A stretch of DNA of 33,193 bases from Candidatus Parcubacteria bacterium (GCA_025999395.1 AP024682.1:433487-466679); one strand, 5' to 3'; shown: positions 1-10,949, numbered from the stretch's first letter. The notes: generated by a model not told the origin, from the letters alone. Made by a program: numbers and translations.

Positions 1-584
1 TTTTTAAAAATTTGCTTAATCTTTGCTGATTTCTTTTTAATATCTTTATTTGCTTGAAAATAATTTAAATCCACTCCGAAGGGAATAACAACGCATTTAT
101 ATTCAAATTTACTCAAATAATTTGAACTTCTTATTAGATTGGGATTAGAAACAAAGATTTTTTTAGCTTTTTTCAGACAAAACAAGTGTAGCGGCTTAAA
201 AAGCACCTCTAGTAGTCTTTGCCTCACGATATCAGAATGATACCAAATAACTAAATCTTTACCTCGAGAAAATAAAAAATAAGCAAGAAAACTTAAAGGA
301 AAGGGATAATGAAGAAAAATTAAATCATAATCCTCCGCTATTTTCTTATACAAACTCAAAAAATCAAAGGAAAGGGGCATTCCCAAAATAACCTTTAAGG
401 TTTTTGCTCTAAAAACTTTCACTTTATTTACTTCTTCAATAACTCTTTCGTTCCTGGAATTACACGCCAAAACATCGATTTTTAGATTATTTTCTTCATT
501 TAACCCCTCGGCGATTTGCTGGACAACCTTTTCCACTCCCCCCACCCAAGGATAATAAAATTTATTAACTTGAAGGATTTTCAT
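1..584 (-). CDS. Glycosyltransferase family 4 protein, N-terminal part (runs off the window)
   Basis: Manual translation from ATG at 584: MKILQVNKFYYPWVGGVEKVVQQIAEGL...HYPFP...WYHSDIVRQ...VIPFGVD, a typical GT4 N-terminal domain. Overlaps the end of the upstream GT4 gene. Confidence 0.85.
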   Translation of the reverse strand, partial: MKILQVNKFYYPWVGGVEKVVQQIAEGLNEENNLKIDVLACNSRNERVIEEVNKVKVFRAKTLKVILGMPLSFDFLSLYKKIAEDYDLIFLHYPFPLSFLAYFLFSRGKDLVIWYHSDIVRQRLLEVLFKPLHLFCLKKAKKIFVSNPNLIRSSNYLSKFEYKCVVIPFGVDLNYFQANKDIKKKSAKIKQIFK

Positions 585-1689
585 TTTTTGCTGTCATTTT
601 AATAATTTTTAGAGTTTCATCAGCGGTTTTAGTAAATGAAAATCTCTTTATATTATCATATCCTTTCTCAATCAAAGTTTTCCTTACCATTCTATCGAAA
701 GAGATTTTTTTCATTCCTCTCACAATCTCTTCAATGTCAAAGGGATTAACATATAAAGCCCCCTCGCCTCCTATCTCTGGTAGCGCTGAGAGATTAGAGG
801 TTAAAACCGGAACACCCAAGCTTTGAGCTTCTAAAATCGGCAAACCAAAGCCTTCGTAAGTAGAAATAAAAACAAAGGCTGACGCGTTTCTCATTAAAAT
901 AACCTTTTCTTCGTCACTAATAATTCCTGTTAAAATAACCCTTTCTCCTAAATTCAATTTCTTAATTAAACCTTCGGGATCTATAAGCTCTCTAACAATC
1001 CTTCCTGATAAAATCAAATTATATTCCTGATGCTCCTTTGAAAATTTCCCGAAAGTTTCTAATAAGCCGTCAATATTTTTATAAGGTGTAATTAATCCAA
1101 TATAGAAAAAATAAGGTTTTCTTACTCCTAGCTTCTCTAAAATTTTATTATCATAATTTGTTTTCACCAATGGAAGTTGCGGCACCCCTTCATAAACAAC
1201 AAAAACGGAGGGTTTTTTGTTCTTATAAAAATCTAAAATCTCTTTCTGGGAAAATCTTGAAACAGTTATAATTGCTTTTACTCTGCTCGCTGATTTTAAA
1301 AGAAGTCGAAAATAAAAGTTTTTTAAACTGAATTCTCTATTTAAGATAAAACTAATATCGTGCAAAGTTAAAACTTGAGAGCAAAAAGAAAAAATTGGAT
1401 GAAAGATAGAAGGAGTAAACAAAACCCTTAATTTATACTTTAAAGTTAAGAAGGGTAAAATTATTTGCTCAAAAACAACTCTTAACAACTTCTTCTTAGC
1501 ATTAACAGGGAGGGTAATGTACTTAAAATTCTTATAATTAAAGAAAACTTCTTTAGGTGTTGTTCTACTGACAAAAATAAAAAAATTATCTTCTTTATCA
1601 ATTTGACCTAAATTTTCCAAAAGATTTTTTACATAAACTCCGATGCCCGTCATTTCGTATAAAAATAAGAGATTGATCCCAATGTTCAT
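565..1689 (-). CDS. Glycosyltransferase family 4 (mannosyltransferase-like)
   Basis: TGIGVY, TLHD, TVSRFS, YKN and the EGFGLPILEA (EX7E) motif. Confidence 0.9.
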   Translation of the reverse strand: MNIGINLLFLYEMTGIGVYVKNLLENLGQIDKEDNFFIFVSRTTPKEVFFNYKNFKYITLPVNAKKKLLRVVFEQIILPFLTLKYKLRVLFTPSIFHPIFSFCSQVLTLHDISFILNREFSLKNFYFRLLLKSASRVKAIITVSRFSQKEILDFYKNKKPSVFVVYEGVPQLPLVKTNYDNKILEKLGVRKPYFFYIGLITPYKNIDGLLETFGKFSKEHQEYNLILSGRIVRELIDPEGLIKKLNLGERVILTGIISDEEKVILMRNASAFVFISTYEGFGLPILEAQSLGVPVLTSNLSALPEIGGEGALYVNPFDIEEIVRGMKKISFDRMVRKTLIEKGYDNIKRFSFTKTADETLKIIKMTAKNENPSS

Positions 1690-1727
1690 ATTATCAATTT
1701 AAATTTTTAATGATTTCATTTTTACTT

Positions 1728-2732
1728 TTAAATTTTGATTTCTTTGGGAATTCTTTGTCTCCATTTTAAGATTAAAAATTTCTCTATTTCCGAAAAATCA
1801 ACTTGCTTTTTAATCTTACTTTTCTTAATTAGAATCTTTCTCAAACCTAAATATCCATCTATTCTTCCTTTAATTATTGACAACAAAAGAGAAAACCTTC
1901 CTTTTAACAAATTTATTCCAATTTGAGCAAGCTGAGCTAATAAAATTAAATGAATGTTTTTAAAAATAAAGCTTAGCGGTAAATTCTTAAATAAATTCCA
2001 GGTTTGATTCCTTGTTCCGTAATAGGCTGTAAATTTACTTCTTATGCCCCCGGTAGCGCCTCTTTGATGATAAACAATAGCAGATGGACAAAAATAACTC
2101 TTCCATCCAGCCCATCGCAATCTTAAGGCTAAATCAAAATCTTCATAATAAGCAAAAAAATCCTTGTCAAAAATTTCATCCTCAACCATTACCATTTTCA
2201 GAGCTTCGACTCTATACAAGGCAGCACCTGCGCAAGGCCCTAAGATTTCTTTCTCTTCGTTAAACAAATTTACATTCTGATAGGCACCTCTGTTAAATCC
2301 AAAACCAGTCTTTGACAAATCCAAACCTGTGCTGTCTATATATTGAACCCATTTAGATAAAATCATTTTGGGTTGAAAACTTCCTGCTCGAGGATATTTT
2401 TCGGCACATTTTACCAACTTTTCTAAAAAATCCGCTTTAACGGTTGCATCATTATTTAAAGTTAAAATGTATTTGCTTTTATCCTCTTTAATTACCTCTC
2501 TTATAGCCAGATTGTTTCCTTCAGCAAAACCTAAGTTTTCTTTATTTTTAATAATCCGAATATAATTCTTATAATTTTTTTCTAAGATATCAGCATCGTT
2601 ACCTTCTGAACCATTATCTACTACAATTACTTCATAATTCGGATAAGTAACTTTTTTTAAAGACTCTAAACACTCCATGGTGTCTTTCAATCCATTCCAA
2701 TTTAAGATAATTATCGAAACCTTAGGAACCAT
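1728..2732 (-). CDS. Glycosyltransferase family 2 (rhamnosyltransferase-like)
   Basis: IIILNWNG, VVDNGS, NLGFAEGNN, LNND and FFAYYEDFD motifs. Confidence 0.9.
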   Translation of the reverse strand: MVPKVSIIILNWNGLKDTMECLESLKKVTYPNYEVIVVDNGSEGNDADILEKNYKNYIRIIKNKENLGFAEGNNLAIREVIKEDKSKYILTLNNDATVKADFLEKLVKCAEKYPRAGSFQPKMILSKWVQYIDSTGLDLSKTGFGFNRGAYQNVNLFNEEKEILGPCAGAALYRVEALKMVMVEDEIFDKDFFAYYEDFDLALRLRWAGWKSYFCPSAIVYHQRGATGGIRSKFTAYYGTRNQTWNLFKNLPLSFIFKNIHLILLAQLAQIGINLLKGRFSLLLSIIKGRIDGYLGLRKILIKKSKIKKQVDFSEIEKFLILKWRQRIPKEIKI

Positions 2733-2767
2733 AATAAATTAATTTTTAATTAGGCTACATTCTTCCT

Positions 2768-3505
2768 TTATTTTTTTATAAGAAAACCAATTCCATATCC
2801 ACCCTGATTTTTATCTTTTACCAATTCTTTGTAATTAAACTGAGACTTAGTTTCTTGCCAAAAATTTGGAACTCCACCAACATTTTCTTCTGATCCCCTC
2901 TACTATATCATGAAAAGCAATTATTCCCCCCTTTCTTAACTAAAGAGCCATACATTTCAAAATCTTTTCTAACTCCTTCATAAGTATGATCGCCGTCAAT
3001 AAAAAGGAAATCTAATTGGTTTATCACCTATAATCCCCTTTACTTTTTCTAATGTTTCTTTTTGGTGAGAATTTTCTCTTAAAAGGTAAAGTTTTTGATC
3101 TTTCTTTTGAAAAGCTCGATAAACGGGTATTTTCCATTCAGGATAACCCCCACCAAAAGGACCCGCCGGTAAATCCAGAGAAACCACCACTGCATTTTCT
3201 CTTGCTAATTTACAGAAAGAAAAAAGTGTTCCTCCGTTAGCGGTGCCAATTTCCATAATATATTTAGGATCTAATTCCTTAAAAATTTTCAAAAGTTCAA
3301 CGAACTCTTCTTTTAGTTGCATTGGTCTTATTAATCCTCCAAAAAATTCCCAAGCAAAGTCAAAAATTTCTTCTGGTTTGCTTGAATTAAATTTTTCCAA
3401 CTCTTTGATGACTAACTCTGGGTTTTGCTTAGCTTTTTTCTCGTTTAACCTTAACTTAAAGGAAGTTAACAAATTTATTGGCCGCTTTAAGAGCCAATTT
3501 ATCAC
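2768..3505 (-). CDS. Class I SAM-dependent methyltransferase (Methyltransf_24-like), with two apparent +1 frameshifts
   Basis: EIGTANGGT motif in the listed ORF. Removing one base near 3018 and one near 2897 restores LDFLFIDGDHTYEGVRKDF...GGIIAFHDIV...GGVPNFW...GYGIGFLIKK, ending at TAA 2768. Confidence 0.8.
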
Positions 3506-3739
3506 CTTAATTAAAAAAAATCTTTAATCCGTAATTTTTAAGAACAAAAAAGGATTTCTTAATCAACCCGAACATAATTTTTCACGCTTAATTTTGTCTT
3601 TAAAAACCCCCGAAATTCAATTCATAAACTTCTAAATTCTTTTACTTTCCATTTTATTACTTTCTGTTAATAATAAAAAGAGATAATCTTTTAGAGAAAA
3701 AATGTCGGCAAATTAAAGTAAAAATTTTAAAACATAAAT

Positions 3740-5029
3740 ATGGTGTCCAAAGAAATAATAGTTGAATTTCAAGATATCGATCCCAGCGGAGCAAGTGTTG
3801 GAAATTTTGAAAACAAGAAAGTACTTGCTTTTGGCGTTCTCCCTCAGGAAAAAGTAAAAGTAAGAATAATAAAGAAAAAAAGAAACTTTCTTAAAGGAGA
3901 GGTGGTGGAAGTAATAAATAAATCCCCTCACCGAGTTTTAGAAAAAGAAAACCACTATCTTTCTTGTTCACCTTGGCAGATTTTTGAATATAAATTTCAG
4001 ATCGAGTTAAAGAAAAATATCTTGGATAACCTTTTTCAATCCTTTTTAAAATCAAAAATTCCTCTCGAAGAATTTTTCATTTCTCCTAAAATTTTTGAAT
4101 ATCGAACGAAAATAGAATTTTCCTTTTTAGAAGAAAGTAATCAATATTGGCTTTCTTTTTATAAAAGAGAAAATCACAGAGAAAAAATTAAACTAATCGA
4201 AGGTTGTTTACTTATAGACAAAAAAGTTAATTCCCTTGCTCAAGAAATACTAAATTTTATCAACAAATCAAAAATAACCGAGCCCAAAGCCCTCATTGCA
4301 AGAAAATCTATAAAAACTGAAGATACTCATTTTTCGCTACTTACTAAAAAAGAGCAAGAGGTAAGTTTTCAAGATTTAAACTCAGTAGATAATTTCGTTT
4401 TTGCTTATTCTAATCCTCTTTCTGGAGCAAGTAATTTCGATAAAATCCTTTTTTCAAAAGGAAAAGAATTTATTAGAGAAGAAATATTGGGACAAGAATT
4501 CCAATATCATTATTCTTCTTTTTTTCAAAACAACATCGAACTTTTTGAAAAAGCCTTAGAGAAAATGAAAGAAAATGCTCACATTTCTAATAAAATAGTA
4601 GACCTTTACTGCGGCGTAGGAGTAATTGGAATTTCCCTTAAAGATTTTGCCAAAGAAATAGTAGGAATAGATATAAACTCTCTTTCCATTGATTATGCAA
4701 AAATTAATTCTTTTAATAACAAGGTAGATAACTTTAAAGCCTTTTGTTTGAAAAGTGAAAAAATTGAAACCGATTTTCTCAAAGAAACCGATATTCTTGT
4801 TTTAGATCCGCCTCGTTCGGGAATATCAAAAAAATTAATCAAAATTATTCTCAAAGAAAAACCTAAGAAGATATTTTACCTTTCTTGCAATCCTCTAACT
4901 CAAATTCAAGATCTTGCCCAACTTCAGGAAAACTATTTTATTAAAAACTTTTACGCCTTTGATTTTTATCCTAATACTCCTCACTTTGAAACTTTGGCTA
5001 TTTTAGAAATAAAAAAAGAAAAAAAGTAG
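3740..5029 (+). CDS. rlmD: 23S rRNA (uracil-C5)-methyltransferase, RlmD/TrmA family
   Basis: N-terminal TRAM-like domain, SFFQNN, DLYCGVG, LDPPRSG, catalytic YLSCNP, FDFYPNTPHFE. Confidence 0.85.
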   Translation: MVSKEIIVEFQDIDPSGASVGNFENKKVLAFGVLPQEKVKVRIIKKKRNFLKGEVVEVINKSPHRVLEKENHYLSCSPWQIFEYKFQIELKKNILDNLFQSFLKSKIPLEEFFISPKIFEYRTKIEFSFLEESNQYWLSFYKRENHREKIKLIEGCLLIDKKVNSLAQEILNFINKSKITEPKALIARKSIKTEDTHFSLLTKKEQEVSFQDLNSVDNFVFAYSNPLSGASNFDKILFSKGKEFIREEILGQEFQYHYSSFFQNNIELFEKALEKMKENAHISNKIVDLYCGVGVIGISLKDFAKEIVGIDINSLSIDYAKINSFNNKVDNFKAFCLKSEKIETDFLKETDILVLDPPRSGISKKLIKIILKEKPKKIFYLSCNPLTQIQDLAQLQENYFIKNFYAFDFYPNTPHFETLAILEIKKEKK

Positions 5030-5034
5030 AGTCC

Positions 5035-5067
5035 CTGAATTTTTTCTGCTATAGCAGGAAAATTCAG
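5035..5067. repeat. Near-perfect intergenic inverted repeat
   Basis: CTGAATTTTTTCTGCTA|TAGCAGGAAAATTCAG immediately after the rlmD stop; no U-tract. Confidence 0.6.
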
Positions 5068-5161
5068 AAGCAAAATCAAACAAAAAAGAGCGGGTTTGAA
5101 ATAAAAAAAGAAAGATTTGATAAAATTTTAAAAGTCGATTAACAAACTTAAAATTTAAAAA

Positions 5162-5696
5162 ATGTCGAAAACAACAAAAAAGAAAGATTCTCAAAAAAAA
5201 GAATCGAGAAAAAAAAGACACAAGGCCTAGCTGGGATGAATACTTTATAGAAATAGCCAAAGTTGTCGCTCAAAGAGCCACTTGTGATCGAGGTCGGTCG
5301 GGGTGTGTAATCGTTCGCGACAATCAAATTTTGGTTACCGGCTATGTTGGTTCTCCCAAAGGATTGCCTCATTGCGATGAAGTAGGACATCAACTCAAAA
5401 CCGTCACTCATGAAGATGGTAGTCAAAGTCAACACTGTATGCGAACTACTCATGCCGAGCAAAATGCTATCGTTCAAGCCGCAAAATTAGGAATTGCCAT
5501 TAACGGTGCTACTCTTTACTGCAAAAATGACGCCTTGTTCAACCTGCGCCAAAATGATTATTAATGCCGGCATCAAAAGAGTTGTTTGTGAAAAAAAATA
5601 TCATCAGGGAAAAGAAACGGAAGAGGCTTTTCAAACAAGCTAAAATCAGTCTCGAATATTTTGATCAGTCCCGTAGAAAAGTATCCCCACCAATAG
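5162..5696 (+). CDS. dCMP deaminase (ComEB-like), with about four apparent +1 frameshifts
   Basis: Joined frames give RPSWDEYFIEIAKVVAQRATCDRGRSGC...TGYVGSP...HAEQNAI...MTPCSTCAKMIINAGIKRVV, containing the HxE and PCxxC zinc motifs. Confidence 0.85.
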
Positions 5697-5702
5697 AAGT
5701 TT

Positions 5703-6264
5703 ATGAAAAAAACAGTTATTGCTCTAGTGGGAGAAATAGGATCCGGAAAAGGAACTATTGCTTCTTATTTAAATAAAAAATACAAGTTTAAAATCCTTAA
5801 ATTTTCTACTCCTATAAGAGAAATTTTGAATCGGCTTTATCTTCCTGTCAGTCGCCTAAATATGCAAAAACTTTCTACTTACCTTAGAAAAATATTTGGC
5901 CAAGAAATTATTTCTTGGATAATCACTCAAGATATTAAAAAAATAAATTCTCAAACAATTGTTATCGATGGTCCCCGCCGATTAGAAGATATTACCTATC
6001 TAAAAAAAGATTTTAACTTTTATTTAATTGCTATAAAAAACAAAAAAGAAAATTCGCTATCAAAGAATTATCGCTCGTCAGGAAAATCCTGATGAAAAAA
6101 ACAAAACTTGGGAAGAGTTTCAAAAAGAAAGCCGGCAAGAATCCGAAAGAAAAATCAGAAGTTTAATGAAAGAGGCAAGCTTTTTTATCGACAACAATCA
6201 AAACCTCAAAGAAACTTATCAACAAGTAGATGAAATTATTAAGAAAATTCTCAAAAAGAATTAA
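5703..6264 (+). CDS. P-loop nucleotide kinase (dephospho-CoA/NMP kinase-like), one apparent +1 frameshift near 6035-6040
   Basis: GEIGSGKGT Walker A and VIDGPRR. After the shift: IRYQRIIARQENPDE...FIDNNQNL, ending at TAA 6264. Confidence 0.75.
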
Positions 6265-6679
6265 AGATCTTTTTTGTTCTCAATAGAAAGAAGATGAGAA
6301 ATTCTTTCTTTTATTTCGGAAACCGTCTTTCCTAATTAAATCGATCTCTTCTATTACTCTCTTAATTCTTCTGCTTTCTTCTTCAATTTCTTCCTCAGTT
6401 TTTTCATCAGTTTTTTTCTCTTCTCTTAAACCAGAAATAAGAATTTGTTCACCAATAAAAAAGGAAACAAAGGTACCAGTTAATAAAAGAATAATCACTG
6501 AAAGAATTAAAGATTCCCAAGAAGTTATTCCGTATTCATCCGCCAAATGCCAAATTCCTCTCCAAAAAAGAACAATCCCCGTTCCCCCCGATAAATGCAT
6601 AAAGAATAGGCTTTTTGCTTAAAAGATGACGAATTTTGTCCTCTAACTTATCAAAAAATTTTGAAATTCTTTTAAACAT
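6261..6679 (-). CDS. Small membrane protein, two apparent +1 frameshifts
   Basis: ATG at 6679 gives MFKRISKFFDKLEDKIRHLLSKKPILYAFIG, which joins GTGIVLFWRGIW after removing one G. Two hydrophobic segments and a charged coiled-coil tail. Confidence 0.7.
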
Positions 6680-6681
6680 TG

Positions 6682-6755
6682 TCCCCCGGCTAGGACTCGA
6701 ACCTAGGACCCTCTCCTTAAAAGGGAGCTGCTCTAACCAACTGAGCTACCGGGGG
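6682..6755 (-). tRNA. tRNA-Lys(UUU)
   Basis: CCCCCGG/CCGGGGG acceptor stem, TAGCTCAGTTGGTTAGAGC D-arm, CT-TTT-AA anticodon loop, GGTTCGAGTCC T-arm; CCA not encoded. Confidence 0.93.
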
Positions 6756-6795
6756 TTGTGAAATAAAAAGCTATACTTGATAAAGAATAACCAAA

Positions 6796-7915
6796 TTATT
6801 GATCCTTTTCAAGTTCATCAATTAGCTCCTGAATTAACTTTTTAGCCTTTTCGCTTATCTTTTGCGGTGTTTTAAGAGTAAGCTTAATAATTAGATCTCC
6901 TCTCTTGGAAAAACCAGCAGAAGAAGAGCGATACATCCCCCTCTCCCTTTACAACCAAGGGTTCATCTAAAGAAAAACCTGAAGGAATTTCTACAAAAAT
7001 TGTTCTTCCGTCAATCCCTTCAACTTTAATCTTTTTATCTAGTAAAAGTTCTTTTAAGGTAACCGGGCGATTAAGGATAAGATTGTCTCCTTCCAATTTA
7101 AAAGACTTATCGGGAAGAATATTTATTCTGATAAACAAATCACCACTTTTTTCTCCTCGCAAACCAGCCTCTCCCTGAGAAGGAATTTTTATTATTTGAC
7201 CATTGTAAACACCGGGTTTTATTTCTACCGAAACTATTTTATCTGATAAAATCCTTCCCAAACCGGAGCATTCACCACAAATTTTTCTGGGCGCTTGACC
7301 AGTACCAAAGCAATGATCACAATCTCTAATTTGAATAAAAGTTCCAAAAAATGAAGATTGTTGTTGTTTAATTTTCCCTGAGCCACCGCAAACTTTACAT
7401 TTTTCCAAGCCGGCTTCTTTATCGTAACCTAATCCATTACATCTTTGACATTTAACAAAAGTTCTAAAAGAAATATCTTTTTTAGCTCCTAAAAAAGCTT
7501 CCTTTAAGGTAATATCTAAAACCACTTGAATATCGTTCCCCCGCCGTTTCCCTCGAAAAGCACTCTTTTTCCCTCCAAAAAAGGTTTCAAAAATATCCTC
7601 AAATCCTCCAAAACCGGGAAAATCAAACCCTTCAAAATCAAATCCGGCAAAAGGACCTTTTTGCCACTCTCCTCCAAAATCAAAATCAAACCCTGCCGGA
7701 CCCGCTCCTTCAAAAACCCGACCATACTTATCATACTGAGCGCGTTTTTTCTTATCCGAAAGAACCTGATAAGCTTCGTTAATCTCCTTAAATTTTTTTT
7801 CATCTCCTCCTTCTTTATCCGGGTGATATTTATGAGCCAGACGGCGAAAGGCTTTTTTTATTTCCTCCTCAGAAGCATCGGGAGGAACTCCGAGAATTTC
7901 ATAGTAGTTTTTCAT
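6796..7915 (-). CDS. dnaJ: Chaperone DnaJ (one apparent +1 frameshift near 6937-6941)
   Basis: J-domain with HPD, G/F-rich region, four CxxCxGxG motifs. Removing one G restores GEGM...[23 protein letters not shown], ending at TAA 6796. Confidence 0.93.
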
Positions 7916-7975
7916 AGTCTCAGAAAGAGAAAAATTCTAAACTTTGATTTGAATAAACGAGAGGTTTTTCTCAAA

Positions 7976-8998
7976 TCAAGGTAAAATAATTTTCTCTTTA
8001 CTTTGATTTTCAAAGACAATGGCGCCAAACCCTACAATCATCAAAAACTGATAGACAACAAAAGCCAAAATAAGAACCAGCCACCTGATAAAAGGAGAAA
8101 GGAATTGAACAGTAAGAAAAATTAATAAAGCTAATACCATTGAAAAAATAGTCTTTGATTTTTCATCTAAATTATTAATTTTTAAAAGAAAGGCTTGATA
8201 AATAGCAGAAGAAAGTTTTATTTCTGGATTTAGAGAAACACCCAAAAGAGACTGAAATTGCTTCTGAAAGTTGGCAATTGATTTTTCGACTAATTCTTTT
8301 TTAACTGCGGGATTAACTAAATTAGCAGGAAGGTTTTGGCTTTTTATTTGTTGATCAACCAATTTTAAACTTAGTTCTCTTAAACTTAAAGAAAAATCTA
8401 AATTGCCTATTAATGGTTCTAATATTTTTCCTGACCAATTAAGTGTTTTTTCAAAAAAGTCTTCAGAAAAAATAAAGTTTCTTTGATTTAAACTCTGAAG
8501 AGAAAAAAGATTGAAAGAAAAAATCGCCGCCACTAAAGCTAAAGCCAAAATCACTTTCGAAAGAACAAAGTTACCAATATTAAAAAATTTTATCCTTAAA
8601 AAATCATCGAGATGCCGACGCCCCTCAAAAGCCGCTATTAAAAACAAGCCTACGGTTACCACAATTCCCCAAATTGTTTTTTGATTAAGAAAAGGAAAAA
8701 AGGGAATAAAGAAAGCTCCTGCGGCCAACACTACAGCAATAGCTAAAAGCTCCTTTCTTTCCACAAAAAAAACAGTGAGTAAAAAAATAGTAAGAAAGAC
8801 AGCCAGCGCTAAAAAGGTACTCCAAAAAGGCTTAAAATTAAAACTGAAGAGTTCCAAGACTGGTACTTTGCTGAAAGAATAACCCGTCCAGAAAGAAGCC
8901 ATTGTCAAAAGAAAAGCAAGAAGGGAGGCTTTCCAATAAGAAAACCTCCCTTGATAAAGACTGACCGAATTTTCCTTACTGTAGTTTTGAGTGAGCAT
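7976..8998 (-). CDS. Hypothetical multi-pass membrane protein
   Basis: 340-aa ORF with about five N-terminal and two C-terminal hydrophobic segments around a helical soluble domain; co-oriented between dnaK and dnaJ. Confidence 0.8.
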   Translation of the reverse strand: MLTQNYSKENSVSLYQGRFSYWKASLLAFLLTMASFWTGYSFSKVPVLELFSFNFKPFWSTFLALAVFLTIFLLTVFFVERKELLAIAVVLAAGAFFIPFFPFLNQKTIWGIVVTVGLFLIAAFEGRRHLDDFLRIKFFNIGNFVLSKVILALALVAAIFSFNLFSLQSLNQRNFIFSEDFFEKTLNWSGKILEPLIGNLDFSLSLRELSLKLVDQQIKSQNLPANLVNPAVKKELVEKSIANFQKQFQSLLGVSLNPEIKLSSAIYQAFLLKINNLDEKSKTIFSMVLALLIFLTVQFLSPFIRWLVLILAFVVYQFLMIVGFGAIVFENQSKEKIILP

Positions 8999-9032
8999 AC
9001 AATATCTTTTGAATAAAAACTGAATTTAGTCG

Positions 9033-10874
9033 TTAAGCGCTTGAATTTTCCGAATTATTAGCAGAGTCATCTCCCTGATTATACAACGATCGCCCAATAT
9101 TTTGAAGCTCACCAGAAAGCTCACTGGTTTTGGTTTGAATTAGTTCTTTATCATTGCTTTCTAAAGCCTTTTTTAGTTCTTCAATTTTTTGAGTAATTGA
9201 TTCTTTTACCTGAGAAGAAATCTTATCTTTCCACTCCTCTAAATTTCTTTGAGCTAAATAGATAATCTGTTCCGCTTGATTTTTGGCTTCCGCTAATTCC
9301 CTCTTTCTTCTGTCTTCCTCCGCGTGAAGAGCTGCTTCCTGTTTGAGTCTTTCAATCTCTTCTTTGGAAAGCTGAGTGGAAGCTTCAATTTTTACTGATT
9401 GAGTTTTACCAGTAGCTTTGTCTTTAGCTGAAACATGAAGAATCCCGTTAGCATCGATATCGAAAGTAACCTCAATTTGAGGCACTCCTCGAGGAGCGGG
9501 AGGAATACCATCTAAGATAAAGCGAGCTAGGGTTTTGTTATCAGCAGCCATTGGTCTTTCTCCTTGAAGAACATGAATTTCAACCGAAGTTTGGTTATCA
9601 GCAGCAGTAGAGAAAATCTGAGTTCGGGTAGTAGGAATAGTGGTATTTTTTTCAATAATCGGAGTAAAAACACCACCTAAAGTTTCTATCCCTAAAGAAA
9701 GCGGGGTAACATCTAACAAAAGTACATCTCTAACATCTCCCTGAAATATTCCTGCCTGAACAGCTGCTCCAATCGCTACCACTTCATCGGGGTTTATTCC
9801 TTTATGAGGTTCCTTTCCAAAAAGAGCCCTGACTTTTTCTTGAATTAAAGGCATTCGGGTTTGACCTCCTACCAGAATTACTTCATCAACATCTTGAATA
9901 GAAAGGCCGGCTTCTTTAACCACTTGTTTAACAATTTCAATTGAGCGATCAATAAGTTTAACTACTAATTCCTCTAATTTTGCTCGAGTAAGCTTCATTA
10001 GGAAATGCTTGGGTCCAGTTGCATCAGAAGTAATATAAGGCAGATTAATTTCAGTTTCTACAACGGTTGATAATTCGTGCTTTGCTCTTTCAGCTGCTTC
10101 CTTTAAGCGTTGAAGAGCTAAGGGATCATTACTTAAATCAATTCCCTCATTTTTCTTATATTCACTTACCAAATAATCCATTATGATCTTATCGATATCA
10201 TCTCCTCCCAAATGGGTATCTCCACCGGTAGCTTTTACTTCGACTACATCATCTCCAATTTCTAGCACCGAAACATCAAAAGTTCCTCCCCCAAAGTCAT
10301 AAACAACAATCTTTTCATTTTTCTTGCGGTTTAATCCATAAGCCAAAGCAGCAGCAGTTGGCTCATTAATAATTCTTCTTACTTTAAGACCAGCAATTTC
10401 TCCAGCGTTTTTAGTGGCTTGTCTTTGAGAGTCATCAAAGTAAGCCGGAACCGTAATCACCGCTTCTTCTATTTTTTCTCCTAATTTTGCCTCGGCATCA
10501 GCTTTTAGTTTAGCTAATACCATTGCTGAAATTTCTTCTGGCTTATACCATCTATCCCCCATCTTCACCTCTACCCCTCCTGAAGAAGATTCTCTTATAT
10601 CGTAAGGAAGCCATTTGATATCATGCTGAACTTCTTTGTCAGAAAATTTGCGACCAATTAAACGTTTAACAGAAAAGATGGTGTTTTTGGGATTAACCAC
10701 CGCCTGTCGCTTAGCCAATAAGCCAACTAGTCTTTCGCCGGATTTACTAATTGCTATCACTGAAGGGGTGGTTCTATTACCTTCAGCGTTTTCTAAAACT
10801 CTCGGCTCCCCGCCTTCAACAATTGCCATCGCAGAATTAGTAGTACCCAAATCAATACCAAGAATTTTTGCCAT
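9033..10874 (-). CDS. dnaK: Chaperone DnaK (Hsp70)
   Basis: [45 protein letters not shown]. Confidence 0.99.
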   Translation of the reverse strand: MAKILGIDLGTTNSAMAIVEGGEPRVLENAEGNRTTPSVIAISKSGERLVGLLAKRQAVVNPKNTIFSVKRLIGRKFSDKEVQHDIKWLPYDIRESSSGGVEVKMGDRWYKPEEISAMVLAKLKADAEAKLGEKIEEAVITVPAYFDDSQRQATKNAGEIAGLKVRRIINEPTAAALAYGLNRKKNEKIVVYDFGGGTFDVSVLEIGDDVVEVKATGGDTHLGGDDIDKIIMDYLVSEYKKNEGIDLSNDPLALQRLKEAAERAKHELSTVVETEINLPYITSDATGPKHFLMKLTRAKLEELVVKLIDRSIEIVKQVVKEAGLSIQDVDEVILVGGQTRMPLIQEKVRALFGKEPHKGINPDEVVAIGAAVQAGIFQGDVRDVLLLDVTPLSLGIETLGGVFTPIIEKNTTIPTTRTQIFSTAADNQTSVEIHVLQGERPMAADNKTLARFILDGIPPAPRGVPQIEVTFDIDANGILHVSAKDKATGKTQSVKIEASTQLSKEEIERLKQEAALHAEEDRRKRELAEAKNQAEQIIYLAQRNLEEWKDKISSQVKESITQKIEELKKALESNDKELIQTKTSELSGELQNIGRSLYNQGDDSANNSENSSA

Positions 10875-10949
10875 AGTTTTAATCTAAAAAGTTAATTTTA
10901 ATAAAATCGTTAATTAAATTAGTCAAAAGCAAATACAAAAAATTCTAAA

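Noticed and set aside
5003-5776. Short ORFs 5003-5260, 5148-5477, 5331-5564 and 5564-5776 as separate genes
   Set aside because: They are fragments or antisense shadows of the frameshifted dCMP deaminase.
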